DNA of 64,000 bases, from contig NZ_DASVSH010000031.1 in assembly GCF_036388215.1 (NCBI RefSeq), positions 90,675 to 154,674 on the forward strand, in the 5' to 3' direction. The DNA is from Sphingomonas sp. (GTDB lineage: Bacteria; Pseudomonadota; Alphaproteobacteria; Sphingomonadales; Sphingomonadaceae). The position numbers and the translations under genes were made by a program. The notes under the pieces are model-generated. The model searched no databases, had not been told where the DNA came from, and saw only the letters and a list, made by a program, of their open reading frames with translations. Below are positions 20,913-30,946 of this stretch, one piece after another (positions within the stretch are counted from its first letter, which is position 1; each line of letters starts with the position of its first letter).

Positions 20913-22010
20913 TTGGCCCGCAAATTCCTCTATGTTGTGGTTTTCCTGATCGTGCTCGGCATCGCTGCTACCTTCGCTTATCGATTCTGGGGGGCGCAAC
21001 TGCTGCGTCAGGCGATGGTGCCCAGCGCCGATGTCGTCGCCCTCGCCCCGCCGGGCAGCTATGCAAACGCGGATATGTGGCTCGCCCGGCCTGACAAGCC
21101 CGGCAATCCCGCTTTATGGACTCCTGAGGGCTGTCAGGCCGCGGCAGACCCGAAAGCGGCGGTGTTCTTCGTCCACCCCACCTCATTCCTCGATCGCAGC
21201 GCGTGGAACGCCCCGCTCGACAACGCCGATGCCAATGGCCGAGCCGAATTGTTCCTCCGCGGCCAGGCGAGCGCGTTCAACTCGGTCGGGCACGTCTGGG
21301 CGCCACGCTATCGCCAGGCCACCTTCGGCGCGTTCCTAACTTCGCAGAAACAGGCCGAGCAGGCGCTCGATTTCGCCTATCGCGACGTATCGGCCGCGTT
21401 CGATGAATTCCTCAAGGAAGCCGGGGACCGCCCGATCGTGCTGGCGGGGCACAGCCAGGGCGCGCTGCATCTCTCGCGCCTCCTGGTCGATCGCATTGCG
21501 GGCAAGCCAGTCGCGAAGCGGATCGTCGCCGCTTATCTCGTCGGCTGGCCGGTTTCGATCACTGCCGATTTGCCCAGGATGGGCCTGCCCGCCTGCTCGG
21601 CGGCCGACGAAGCCGGCTGCATTCTCTCATGGCAAAGCTTCGGTGAGCCGGCCGATCCCTCGCTGATCCTCGACACGTTCGATGCGAGCAACGGCTTCAC
21701 CGGCCTGCCCCGCGCCCGCACCCTCATGGTCTGCACCAATCCGCTTACCGGCAAGCCGAACGACGATGCTCCGCCCGAGGCCAATCTGGGCGCGCTGATC
21801 CAGGACAAGGATTTGCGGAACGCGCATATCGAAAGGGGCCGGGTCAGCGCGCGGTGCGATGGCCGCGGCTTGCTGATGATCGGCGGCAATCCGCCCGATC
21901 TCGGTCCCTATGTGCTCCCCGGCAACAATTACCATGTGTTCGACTACAGCCTGTTCTGGGCCAATGTCCGCGCCGATGCCGAGCGGCGGCTGGCCGCGTT
22001 CAAGCCGTGA
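20913..22010 (+). CDS. DUF3089-type membrane-anchored alpha/beta hydrolase
   Basis: [23 protein letters not shown] nucleophile elbow, NYHVFDY; N-terminal TM. Confidence 0.85.
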   Translation: MARKFLYVVVFLIVLGIAATFAYRFWGAQLLRQAMVPSADVVALAPPGSYANADMWLARPDKPGNPALWTPEGCQAAADPKAAVFFVHPTSFLDRSAWNAPLDNADANGRAELFLRGQASAFNSVGHVWAPRYRQATFGAFLTSQKQAEQALDFAYRDVSAAFDEFLKEAGDRPIVLAGHSQGALHLSRLLVDRIAGKPVAKRIVAAYLVGWPVSITADLPRMGLPACSAADEAGCILSWQSFGEPADPSLILDTFDASNGFTGLPRARTLMVCTNPLTGKPNDDAPPEANLGALIQDKDLRNAHIERGRVSARCDGRGLLMIGGNPPDLGPYVLPGNNYHVFDYSLFWANVRADAERRLAAFKP

Positions 22011-22468
22011 TCACCACCGCCGCTGCAGACTTCCGCGCGGCGCTTCCCGGCTGCGGGCGCCTGCTCGGGCTCGACGTGGGCACCAAGACGATCGGCACGG
22101 CCCTGTGCGACGCCGGGTGGAGCTTCGCCTCCCCCGCTTTGCTGGTCCGCCGCACCAAGTTCACCAAGGACAAGGCGGCGCTCGCCGATCTTGTCGCGGC
22201 CCAGGCGGTTAAAGGGCTCGTAATCGGCCTGCCGCTAAATCTCGACGGCACGGACAGCCCGCGCACCCAATCGACCCGCGCGTTCGCGCGCAACCTGGCG
22301 GACATAATGCTGCCGATACTCCTCTGGGATGAACGCTGGTCCACCGTCGCCGTCGAGCGCACCCTGATCGAGCAGGATTTCAGCCGAGCCCGCCGTGCCG
22401 AAATGGTCGATAACATGGCCGCCGCGCACATCCTCCAGGCGGCGATCGACGCGCTGGTGAACGCCTGA
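22007..22468 (+). CDS. ruvX: YqgF/RuvX pre-16S rRNA nuclease / Holliday junction resolvase-like
   Basis: [37 protein letters not shown]; GTGA overlap with DUF3089. Confidence 0.95.
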   Translation: MITTAAADFRAALPGCGRLLGLDVGTKTIGTALCDAGWSFASPALLVRRTKFTKDKAALADLVAAQAVKGLVIGLPLNLDGTDSPRTQSTRAFARNLADIMLPILLWDERWSTVAVERTLIEQDFSRARRAEMVDNMAAAHILQAAIDALVNA

Positions 22469-22480
22469 TCGACCGAGGTC

Positions 22481-22505
22481 CTCCCCTCCCTGCAAGGGAG
22501 GGGAG
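22481..22505. repeat. Solo family-B terminal hairpin, possible terminator
   Basis: Perfect CTCCCCTCCC-TGCAA-GGGAGGGGAG. Confidence 0.7.
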
Positions 22506-22553
22506 TAAGCTGAGCTTGCCTCCCCGCCCGCGCCCGTCTAACCCGCCCCTTTA

Positions 22554-23543
<990 letters not shown>

Positions 23544-23562
23544 GGTATGCTCCAGCCCCATT

Positions 23563-23644
23563 CCGTTCTCCTGCGAAAGCAGGAGCCCAGGGTCGTAAAC
23601 GTCACCCTGCTTGGCTCTGGGCTCCTGCTTTCGCAGGAGAACGG
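23563..23644. repeat. Family-C REP pair
   Basis: Perfect ~28-bp inverted arms CCGTTCTCCTGCGAAAGCAGGAGCCCAG / CTGGGCTCCTGCTTTCGCAGGAGAACGG, each with an internal GAAA-loop hairpin. Confidence 0.9.
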
Positions 23645-23658
23645 CAAGGCGAACGCCG

Positions 23659-24894
23659 ATGATCCTCACCTTCACCAACGCCACGCTCGTCTGCCCCGTC
23701 GCCGGCGTCAGCAGGGGCAGCCTGCTCGTAGAAAACGGCGCAATCGCCGCCACCGGCGACATCACCGTCCCCACTGACGCGCGAATCATCGACCTTGCCG
23801 GAAAGATGCTCGCCCCCGCCCTCATCGATCTCGGCGTGTTCGCGGTGGACCGCGCCGCATGCCGCTTCGGCGGGATCGCGCGCGTCGGGCTGATGCCGGA
23901 TCAAAGCCCGGTGCTGGACGATCCGGGCATCGTTCGCCGCGCCGCCACTTCGGGCAAGCCCGATCTATGGGTCCACCCCATCGCCGCCGCCACGCGCGGG
24001 CTGGCGGGCGAGGATCTCGGCGAAATGGCGATAAACGCCTCCGCCGGCGCACGCGCCGTCGCGACCGGCCGCAGCTGGATCGCCAATGCGGGCACGATGC
24101 GCAAAGTGCTGGCTTATGCAAAGGGCTGCGGTCTCGCAGTCATCACGCATGCCGAGGACGGCGGCCTGAGCGGCGGCGCGGCTGCCACCGAAGGCGAGAC
24201 CGCCACCCGTCTCGGCCTCCCCGCCGCCCCCGCGATCGCCGAAGCGCTCGCCATCGCGCGTGACCTAATGCTTGCCGAGGAGACTGGCTCGCGCCTGCAT
24301 TTCCGCCAGGTCACCACCGCGCAGGGCTTCGATCTCATCCGCGCCGCCAAGCGCCGTGGCGTCGCCGTCACCTGCGGCATCACGCCCGCGCATCTGCTGC
24401 TCTCGGATATCGCGATGAGCGACTTTCGCACCTTCGCGCACCTCTCCCCGCCGCTCCGCGCCGAAAGCGACCGCCAGGCCGCGCTGGCGGCGATCAAGGA
24501 CGGCACGATCGATGTGATCGCATCCGGCCACGATCCGCGCGGCCCGGAGGCCAAGCGGCTCCCCTTTGCCGATTCGGAGCCCGGAATGTCGGGCGCCGAG
24601 ACTCTGCTCGCGCTATCCTTGGGACTGGTGCGCGACGGATTGCTGCCGATCGAGCGGCTCTTCGCGCTGCTGGCGGCCAACCCGGCAAGAATATTGGGAC
24701 TGGAGGCCGGCACGCTCGCCCTTGGCATGCCGGCAGACCTGATCGTCCTGGATCCCGAAACGCCCTGGATCATCGACGCAGACCGCATGGCCGCGCGCGC
24801 AGGCAATACGCCGTTCGACGGACTGCCCGTCCAGGGCAAGGCGCTCCGCCTGTTCAAGGGCGGAGCGGAGATCGGCGCGGCGGCGGGCGGATAA
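23659..24894 (+). CDS. pyrC: Dihydroorotase-like protein, probably the inactive PyrC' structural subunit of ATCase
   Basis: DHOase-like sequence next to pyrB, but IDLGVF replaces D.HVH and SGHDP replaces TDHAP. Confidence 0.85.
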   Translation: MILTFTNATLVCPVAGVSRGSLLVENGAIAATGDITVPTDARIIDLAGKMLAPALIDLGVFAVDRAACRFGGIARVGLMPDQSPVLDDPGIVRRAATSGKPDLWVHPIAAATRGLAGEDLGEMAINASAGARAVATGRSWIANAGTMRKVLAYAKGCGLAVITHAEDGGLSGGAAATEGETATRLGLPAAPAIAEALAIARDLMLAEETGSRLHFRQVTTAQGFDLIRAAKRRGVAVTCGITPAHLLLSDIAMSDFRTFAHLSPPLRAESDRQAALAAIKDGTIDVIASGHDPRGPEAKRLPFADSEPGMSGAETLLALSLGLVRDGLLPIERLFALLAANPARILGLEAGTLALGMPADLIVLDPETPWIIDADRMAARAGNTPFDGLPVQGKALRLFKGGAEIGAAAGG

Positions 24895-24896
24895 GT

Positions 24897-24959
24897 CGTC
24901 CGCTTGCGGCGCAGTAGCAGACGTTCAACGATGCTGTTAGGGATGCCAATAGCGGTCAT
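24897..24959. repeat. Short cassette-flanking palindromes (left of SRPBCC/TetR)
   Basis: CGTCCGCT-N11-AGCAGACG (24897-24923) plus a half-site CCAATAGCGGTCAT (24946-24959). Confidence 0.6.
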
Positions 24960-24999
24960 GCGACGAGATAGCCCCTGTCGATGAGCGTACGCCGTAAGG

Positions 25000-25464
25000 T
25001 TACTGCGTTTCGAGATGAGCCTTCATAACCGTCGACCCCGCCTGCATATTCTGCGAGATAAAGGGCTCGAGTTCTGCAGGTAAGAATCGCGTCTGCCAGA
25101 TCACCTTGCTCCCGTCGCGCCCATTGGCAGTGACCTGCATGGTCGCGACGTGGTAAGTCGCCTTGCCGCCAACCGCCGAATAGGTGATGCGACGCGATCG
25201 ATCATCAACGGCGATGATCCTTTCCTTCACCACGAAACCGTTGGTGAAAGTAACCGTCCGAACGTCACCTGCGCGTTCGACCTTTGTGACCATGCCGGGC
25301 ACGAGCCGCGTGTCGACTGCATAGACATCGCGAACGGCATCCCAGACCTTGGCGGGAGGCGCAGCGATGATCGTCTCCGTCGTTACGACCTTCACATTGG
25401 CCGGCTCGTCGCTCGAAATGGACGCCATCGCGACTGCGGCTATGCTTGCTAGTTCAACCATCAT
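25000..25464 (-). CDS. Secreted SRPBCC (polyketide cyclase/MxaD-like) ligand-binding protein
   Basis: IAAPPAKVWDAVRD, VRTVTF.NG.VVKERI..VD...RRITYS; hydrophobic N-terminus. Confidence 0.85.
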   Translation of the reverse strand: MMVELASIAAVAMASISSDEPANVKVVTTETIIAAPPAKVWDAVRDVYAVDTRLVPGMVTKVERAGDVRTVTFTNGFVVKERIIAVDDRSRRITYSAVGGKATYHVATMQVTANGRDGSKVIWQTRFLPAELEPFISQNMQAGSTVMKAHLETQ

Positions 25465-25485
25465 CTGACCTCTCCCTTGCGTTGT

Positions 25486-25540
25486 TTACCGATTAGAATA
25501 ATATTCCGGTCGACGCAAGAGTTAATTACCGATTGGAACA
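25486..25540. promoter_or_regulatory. Putative TetR operators
   Basis: Two copies of TTACCGATT(A/G)GAA in the divergent spacer. Confidence 0.5.
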
Positions 25541-25542
25541 TA

Positions 25543-26136
25543 ATGGCCGCATCTGTAGGGCGTCCCCGCATCTTCGATATGGAAGCCGCTGTTCGCACGG
25601 CGCAGTCCGTGTTCTGGCGGCTTGGCTATGAGGCCACGTCACTCGCGGCATTGGCCGAGGCGATCGGTGTCCACAAACCCAGCCTTTACGCCGCCTATGG
25701 GGACAAGCGCGCGATCTTCCTTCAGGCCTATGACGCCTATCAGCGCGATGCCGCCGGCCTTGTGGAATCGGCATTCGGCAAGCCCCGGCTTCGGGATGCG
25801 ATGACGGCATTTTTCGTTTCTGACCTCGACCTTTTTACCGCTGAGGCCGGCGCGGGCTGCTTCATGCTCGCGACGGCGCTGCCGCTGGCTGGAACCGACC
25901 CCGAAATCGCGGATCGCGTTCGTGCTGCGCTGGCAGGGCTGCGCAGCGCTGTGGTCGAGCGATTGACGCAGGCGCAAAGGAAAGGGGAAGTCGCCGTTCA
26001 AATGGAGATCGAGACTGCGGCCGATCTGGTTCTGTCGACGCACATCGCTTTGGCCAACCGCGCGCGAAGCGGCGAACCGCGAGCGGCGTTACACAAGAGC
26101 GCGCAGCGGATTATTGACCTTATCTGCTCGGAGTAA
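25543..26136 (+). CDS. TetR/AcrR-family regulator
   Basis: GRPRIFD, FWRLGYEATSL..LAEAIGVHKPSLYAAYGDK; AGCF motif. Confidence 0.93.
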   Translation: MAASVGRPRIFDMEAAVRTAQSVFWRLGYEATSLAALAEAIGVHKPSLYAAYGDKRAIFLQAYDAYQRDAAGLVESAFGKPRLRDAMTAFFVSDLDLFTAEAGAGCFMLATALPLAGTDPEIADRVRAALAGLRSAVVERLTQAQRKGEVAVQMEIETAADLVLSTHIALANRARSGEPRAALHKSAQRIIDLICSE

Positions 26137-26196
26137 TGTCTGCCTGCTCAACGACCGACTTAAATGCCGACTGACCGCTAGCCACCAAAAGCGGCC
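26135..26196. repeat. Short cassette-flanking palindromes (right of SRPBCC/TetR)
   Basis: Degenerate AATGTCTGC... overlapping the tetR TAA, and GACCGCT-N10-AGCGGCC (26173-26196). Confidence 0.55.
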
Positions 26197-26208
26197 CTCG
26201 CCATCAAT

Positions 26209-26321
26209 CCTTGCAATGTAGGACTTCGCCTGCTTGGCTGAGCCGGTCGGCAATGCCGGCCGCTCTTTGAAATCGTCGGTTGAGAGGCCCATGGCCAGTG
26301 CGAACATTGGGAACATTCGCG
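26209..26321. repeat. Dispersed ~113-bp non-coding element, copy 1
   Basis: About 89% identical (12 differences by hand alignment) to 58227-58338. Confidence 0.9.
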
Positions 26322-26386
26322 GCTCGCACACCGCGCATTGGCCTAAACTTCGCCTAAACTTCCGCGAGCCCAAACCAGCAAACGAA

Positions 26387-26412
26387 AAGGCCGGACTTTC
26401 GCCCGGCCTTCC
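26387..26412 (-). terminator. Intrinsic terminator of the SPOR/TPR gene
   Basis: Minus strand AAGGCCGG-GCGAAAGT-CCGGCCTTTT. Confidence 0.7.
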
Positions 26413-26436
26413 CTGAACCCCGATGAGAGGGAAACC

Positions 26437-27783
26437 TTAGCGCGAAGCCAGCTGCGCATTGCGGCCGGGCTTAGCCCAGCTGGCCAGCGCATCGCCCGCC
26501 TGGACGCGCACGAAGCATGCGCCGCCCGTGGAGCGGAGCTGGCGGCACAGCGAATCGGCGTCGCTGCGCGCGAATCCACCTACCGACAGGCGATAGAAAT
26601 TGCCCGCGCGGGTGGAAATCTTCGCACCCTGCGGCGCATTCGAAGCCAGACGGGGAACGCGGCGCGTGTGCCGGGCCCAGGCATCGCGCGCGACGCTCGA
26701 ATTGGCATAGGCGCCTAGCTGAACATAGTAATTGCCGCGCCGTGACTGCACGGTGGGGGCTGCCACGCGCTCCCGGCGCACGATGGCCGGGGTGGGCTTC
26801 ACGGCCGCGCGCACGGGAAGCGGCTGCACGATTTCCTCCCGCGGGCCGAACACCACCGATGCGCCGGTCCCGGCGATCTGCTGTACTTCGGGCTGAGGCT
26901 CGACTGAAGCGACCTGCACGTTGGTCTCAGCAGGAGCCTCCGCCGAAGCCACAGGCGCGCCCGGCATGAAGGCATCGACCGGATCGACCACGGGCTGGGG
27001 CGCCGGAGCTACTGCCGCGAGCTGCACGTTCGGCTGCTGAACGAGCGCAAGCCGCACTGGCTGCCCTGCATCCTGCACCGCAGTCACGCCGAGCAGCGAA
27101 GCCACCTGGTCATAGGCGTTGGTGGGACGCGAGAACTTCGCCCATTCCATGATCCGCGCGTCGAGCTGATCGGCGGCGACATCGACTTCCGCCAACTTGC
27201 GCGCTTCCGCCCAGCGTCCGGCGAGGGCAAGGCTCAGCGCGAGATTCTGGCGCGTCTTGGCGGTCGCGTCCACGGCTCGCGCGGCGGGCATCAATACTTC
27301 GACGGCCGAGACGGGATCGCCCGCCAGCGCCAGCGCCAGCCCACGGTCGCTTGCCGGGATCTGATCGGCATGCGTCTGGAGAGTCGCACGCGCGCCGGCC
27401 CAATCGCCGCCGGCGATCTTCGCGAGCGCCAGGTTGAGCGCGACGCGCCCATCCTCGGGGTTGAGCGTCAGCGCATCGTTCAGCGCCTGTGCGGCCGAGC
27501 CGAAGCGCCCCGAAAGCAGATAGGCCTGGCCGAGCAGCGCGCGGTAATCGGCGTTCTGCGGATCGTTCGAAACGGCGGCCTCGGCGTGCTGCACGGCCTT
27601 GGCCGCCTTGCGCTTGGCGATCGCCTTGCGCGCCTGCGCCGCCTCGGATGCGCCCTTCTTGGCATTCGGCGCGTCGGTCGCGAAGGCCGAAAGCGCGAAG
27701 CCCTGGGTCAGCGCGCCCCCCGCCAGCGTGCCGCCCAGCGCCAGCGCCGTCAGGCCGAACAGAAGCTTGCTATGGCTCTTCAT
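26437..27783 (-). CDS. Secreted TPR + SPOR domain protein
   Basis: Signal peptide, TPR motifs (YRALLGQAYLLSGRF..A, RQNLALSLALAGRW), C-terminal SPOR (YYVQLGAY...FYRLSVGGF...LC..L...GG.CFV). Confidence 0.9.
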   Translation of the reverse strand: MKSHSKLLFGLTALALGGTLAGGALTQGFALSAFATDAPNAKKGASEAAQARKAIAKRKAAKAVQHAEAAVSNDPQNADYRALLGQAYLLSGRFGSAAQALNDALTLNPEDGRVALNLALAKIAGGDWAGARATLQTHADQIPASDRGLALALAGDPVSAVEVLMPAARAVDATAKTRQNLALSLALAGRWAEARKLAEVDVAADQLDARIMEWAKFSRPTNAYDQVASLLGVTAVQDAGQPVRLALVQQPNVQLAAVAPAPQPVVDPVDAFMPGAPVASAEAPAETNVQVASVEPQPEVQQIAGTGASVVFGPREEIVQPLPVRAAVKPTPAIVRRERVAAPTVQSRRGNYYVQLGAYANSSVARDAWARHTRRVPRLASNAPQGAKISTRAGNFYRLSVGGFARSDADSLCRQLRSTGGACFVRVQAGDALASWAKPGRNAQLASR

Positions 27784-27793
27784 GGTAATTCCC

Positions 27794-28270
27794 TCACCCA
27801 TGATCCTTGGCCGGGCCGATCTGGCGCGCGAGCGCTTCGACCTCGGTGTGCGATTCCAGAAAGGCGTCGAGCGCCTCTGTGACGATCTGTTGCGCCGAAC
27901 GATTGGTCACCGCCGATGCGAGGCGCAGCCGCAAATGGCGGTCGGTATCGAGTCGCAGCGTAAAAGCGGCCTTGATGTTTTTCGCAGGAGCCGCGCGCGC
28001 AACGCGGCTCGGCTTCGCCTTGGGCGGCGGCGTCGGAGCGGCCTGAGCGATCTGCTCGTCCAATGCTTCGATCTGGCGCAGCACCACCGGCTTTTCGACC
28101 CGAGCGGCAACCGGGGGTTCTTCGCCCATGTCGTTCCAGCCCAGATCGTCCTGCGTGGTGCCATGCGTCATCCCGACGAACCCTTGCGGGCGCATCGCGG
28201 GCTTGGCCTGGCCCTTGCGCGCGAGCAGGCTGGACGAAAGGGATGCCATCGGCTTCGAACTACCGATCAT
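27794..28270 (-). CDS. ParA partner-like protein with a C-terminal ribbon-helix-helix-like region
   Basis: TGATG overlap with parA; N-terminal SLLARKGQAKPAMRP; C-terminal AAFTLRLD..RHLRLRLASA...SAQQIVTEALDAFL. Confidence 0.75.
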   Translation of the reverse strand: MIGSSKPMASLSSSLLARKGQAKPAMRPQGFVGMTHGTTQDDLGWNDMGEEPPVAARVEKPVVLRQIEALDEQIAQAAPTPPPKAKPSRVARAAPAKNIKAAFTLRLDTDRHLRLRLASAVTNRSAQQIVTEALDAFLESHTEVEALARQIGPAKDHG

Positions 28271-28986
28271 CAGCTCACCACCCGGCGGCCGAAGCCGCCT
28301 GCCGGGCGCGTTGCGCCAAAGTGCGTGTGGACCGCGGCAGGAGCCGCGAACACGGTGCGCCGGAAATTCTTCTCGAGCCGATCGGAGATATACGACCAGA
28401 GCGCAACGACTTCGCCGGCTGAGCGGCTGTTGGAATCGATTTCCATCACGGTGCGCCCGTCGATCATCGACGATGCGAAATCGGTGCGGTGATGGATCGT
28501 GACCGGAGCGACCGTGCCATGCTGCGAGAGCGCGACGGCGGCTTCCGCGGTGATCCGCGCCTTGGGCGTGGCGGCGTTGACCACGAAGATCAGCGGCTTG
28601 CCCGCGCGGTCGCACAAATCGACCGTGGCGCCCACGGCGCGCAGGTCGTGCGGGCTGGGCCGCGTCGGGATGACGATCAGTTCGGCTACCTGGATCACGC
28701 TCTGGATCGCCATGGTGATGGCTGGCGGGGTATCGATCACCGCCAGCTTGAAGCCTTGCTGCCGCAACACTTCCAGATCGGCGGCAAGCCGCGCGACCGT
28801 GGTTTGCGCAAAGGCGGGGAGCTGCGTTTCGCGCTCGTTCCACCAATCGGAAAGCGAGCCCTGCGGATCGATGTCGATGAGCACGACCGGACCGCAGCCC
28901 GCGCGCTCCGCCTGAACGGCAAGATGCCCGGACAGGGTCGTCTTGCCCGACCCACCTTTCTGCGATGCCATCGCCAGAACCCGCAT
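28270..28986 (-). CDS. Orphan ParA/MinD-family ATPase
   Basis: SQKGGSGKTT deviant Walker A, IDIDPQGS, VIDTPP, IPTRPSPHDL; no adjacent parB. Confidence 0.93.
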   Translation of the reverse strand: MRVLAMASQKGGSGKTTLSGHLAVQAERAGCGPVVLIDIDPQGSLSDWWNERETQLPAFAQTTVARLAADLEVLRQQGFKLAVIDTPPAITMAIQSVIQVAELIVIPTRPSPHDLRAVGATVDLCDRAGKPLIFVVNAATPKARITAEAAVALSQHGTVAPVTIHHRTDFASSMIDGRTVMEIDSNSRSAGEVVALWSYISDRLEKNFRRTVFAAPAAVHTHFGATRPAGGFGRRVVS

Positions 28987-29037
28987 GTACCCCCTCGAAT
29001 ATTACTCGAACCCAGGGCTGGGATGCCACGCCGTCTC

Positions 29038-29131
29038 TCAAGAAGAAGTTAACGCGTGCCGCTGCGGGACGAAGCGCCTGCGCGCCGAAAGTAAGGATTT
29101 CTTTCCCTTCGAGTGGTTAACTGGCACTTAT
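29038..29131. promoter_or_regulatory. Two CtrA-like boxes in the divergent parA/SPOR spacer
   Basis: Minus TTAA-N7-TTGA (29052-29038) and plus TTAA-N7-TTAT (29117-29131), versus consensus TTAA-N7-TTAA. Confidence 0.45.
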
Positions 29132-29163
29132 CCATTGTTGCGGGGGCGCAGGAGTTGGGTGGG

Positions 29164-30081
29164 ATGAGGTCTCTTTGGTTGGCTGCGGCCGCCGTTACGA
29201 TGTTGCTGGCTCCGCTGGCCGTTGCGCAGGACAACGTCGTCAAGGCCGGAGTCGATGCGTGGGAGCGCGGCGATTTCAAGGGCGCGGTGGATCGCTGGCG
29301 CCCGTCCGCGAACCAGGGCAACGCCGATGCGCAGTTCAATCTGGGCCAGGCTTATAAGCTCGGCCGCGGCGTGCCGGCGGACCTCAAGCAAGCCGAAAGC
29401 TGGTATGGCAAGGCCGCGTGGCAGGGGCACGAACAGGCCGAAGCCAGCTATGGCCTGGCCCTTTTCGCGAACGGCAAGCGCAGTGAAGCGCTCACCTGGC
29501 TTCAGCGCGCCGTCCAGCGCGGCGATCCGCGCGCGCAATACGTGCTCGGCACGATGTATTTCAACGGCGATGTGGTCGCCAAGGATTGGGTGCGCGCCTA
29601 TGCGCTGGTCACCCGCTCGTCGCAGACGGGATTGAACGAAGCTTCGACCGCGCTGGCGCAGATGGACAAATATATGTCCCTGCAGGAGCGCCGCGAAGGG
29701 CTGACGCTGGCGCGTAAATATGAGGAAGAATTCAATCGCGCGCCCTCGCCCGATCTACCGCCCGTCCGAGTGGCCACGAACAATCCGCCGGTAACCCAGC
29801 CCCCGGCGCGCCCAACCCCACGGCCTGCGCCCGTCGCAGCGGCGAGGCCGTCCGTAGCCGTGCCGGCGCGCGACGGGGGCTGGCGTCTCCAGCTCGGCGC
29901 ATTCGGCGATCCGAACAATGCGCGCAAGCTCTGGGGACAGGTCGGCGGCCGCTTCCCGGGGCGCCAGGTTTCCTATGTGAAGACCGGCAGCCTCACCAAA
30001 GTGCTGGTCGGCCCCTTCGCGAGCCGGGCGGAAGCCGCAGGGGCATGCGGCGGGGTCAGCCCCTGCGTGCCCACCAGGTGA
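29164..30081 (+). CDS. Secreted Sel1-like repeat + SPOR domain protein
   Basis: Signal peptide, ADAQFNLGQAYKLGRGV..D and AQYVLGTMYFNG Sel1 repeats, Pro-rich linker, WRLQLGAF SPOR. Confidence 0.9.
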   Translation: MRSLWLAAAAVTMLLAPLAVAQDNVVKAGVDAWERGDFKGAVDRWRPSANQGNADAQFNLGQAYKLGRGVPADLKQAESWYGKAAWQGHEQAEASYGLALFANGKRSEALTWLQRAVQRGDPRAQYVLGTMYFNGDVVAKDWVRAYALVTRSSQTGLNEASTALAQMDKYMSLQERREGLTLARKYEEEFNRAPSPDLPPVRVATNNPPVTQPPARPTPRPAPVAAARPSVAVPARDGGWRLQLGAFGDPNNARKLWGQVGGRFPGRQVSYVKTGSLTKVLVGPFASRAEAAGACGGVSPCVPTR

Positions 30082-30115
30082 CGTCAGCGGGCCGGGCAGG
30101 AAGCGATACGGAGGC

Positions 30116-30140
30116 GCAACGAAACCTCTCCTCCTTCGTT
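30116..30140 (+). promoter_or_regulatory. Putative EcfG promoter of the mipA-like gene
   Basis: GCAAC-N16-CGTT, same architecture as 11263; ATG follows 8 nt later. Confidence 0.45.
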
Positions 30141-30148
30141 GGAGCTTG

Positions 30149-30946
30149 ATGATCAAAGCTATATTGTCTGCGGCGCTGGCCTCCAGCGCGTTGGTTGCGT
30201 GCCCCGCTCTCGCCCAATCCGACGTTGCGGGCGAAAAGGAGCCGCTGCGCGTCCGGGTCGGGCTGGGCGCCCAGGTCGTGCCGAGATTTCCGGGCTCCGA
30301 GGACATCACGATCAGTCCCTATTGGGACTTCGCAATGACCCGCGGTTCCAAGCCGTTCGATTACGAAGCGACGGACGACAGCTTCGGCTTCCCGCTGATC
30401 CGTGCGTCCGGCTTCGAGGTGGGGCCGGCGGTCAGCTTTGAAAGCAGTCGTCGCCGCAAGCATGTGGGGGCGCAAGTCGATGAGATCGGCGCTACGATCG
30501 AGGCCGGGGGCTTCGTCCAGTTCTGGCTCTCCGATTCCTTCCGCATCCGCGCTGAAGGTCGCAAGGGCATCGGCGGGCATCGCAGCCTGGTCGGATCGTT
30601 CGGCGCGGACTTCGTCGCACGCGACGGCGACAAATATGTCTTCTCGATCGGCCCGCGCGTCTCGCTTTCCGACCGCGATTATCAAGCCGCCTATTTCGGC
30701 GTGAACCCCGGCGAAGCCGCGCGCACGGGCCTCCCCGTCCATCGCCCCGGCAGCGGCGTCCACGCTGTCGGCGTCACGAGCGGCATGACCTATTCGCTCA
30801 ACGAGCGTTGGGGCCTGGTCGGCTATGTGAAATACGACCGGCTGGTGCGCGACGCCGCTCGCTCCCCCTTCATCCGCGCCTTCGGCAAGCGCGACCAGAT
30901 TTCCGGCGGGCTGGGGCTGACCTACACGTTCGGGCGGCAGCGCTAG
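30149..30946 (+). CDS. MipA/OmpV-family outer-membrane protein
   Basis: Signal peptide, GLGAQVVPRFPGS, YQAAYFGV...A..TGL, alternating beta-strands, terminal YTF. Confidence 0.88.
   Translation: MIKAILSAALASSALVACPALAQSDVAGEKEPLRVRVGLGAQVVPRFPGSEDITISPYWDFAMTRGSKPFDYEATDDSFGFPLIRASGFEVGPAVSFESSRRRKHVGAQVDEIGATIEAGGFVQFWLSDSFRIRAEGRKGIGGHRSLVGSFGADFVARDGDKYVFSIGPRVSLSDRDYQAAYFGVNPGEAARTGLPVHRPGSGVHAVGVTSGMTYSLNERWGLVGYVKYDRLVRDAARSPFIRAFGKRDQISGGLGLTYTFGRQR

Noticed and set aside
26298-26321. GAAC..GAAC as an alphaproteobacterial LexA box
   Set aside because: The spacing is 5 nt, not the required GAAC-N7-GAAC.
26089-26416. Protein-coding reading of the 113-bp element (FKE..GSAKQ..SY or MASANIGNI)
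   Set aside because: Differences between copies are mostly non-synonymous and include a 1-nt indel and an in-frame stop in copy 2, so there is no sign of coding constraint.
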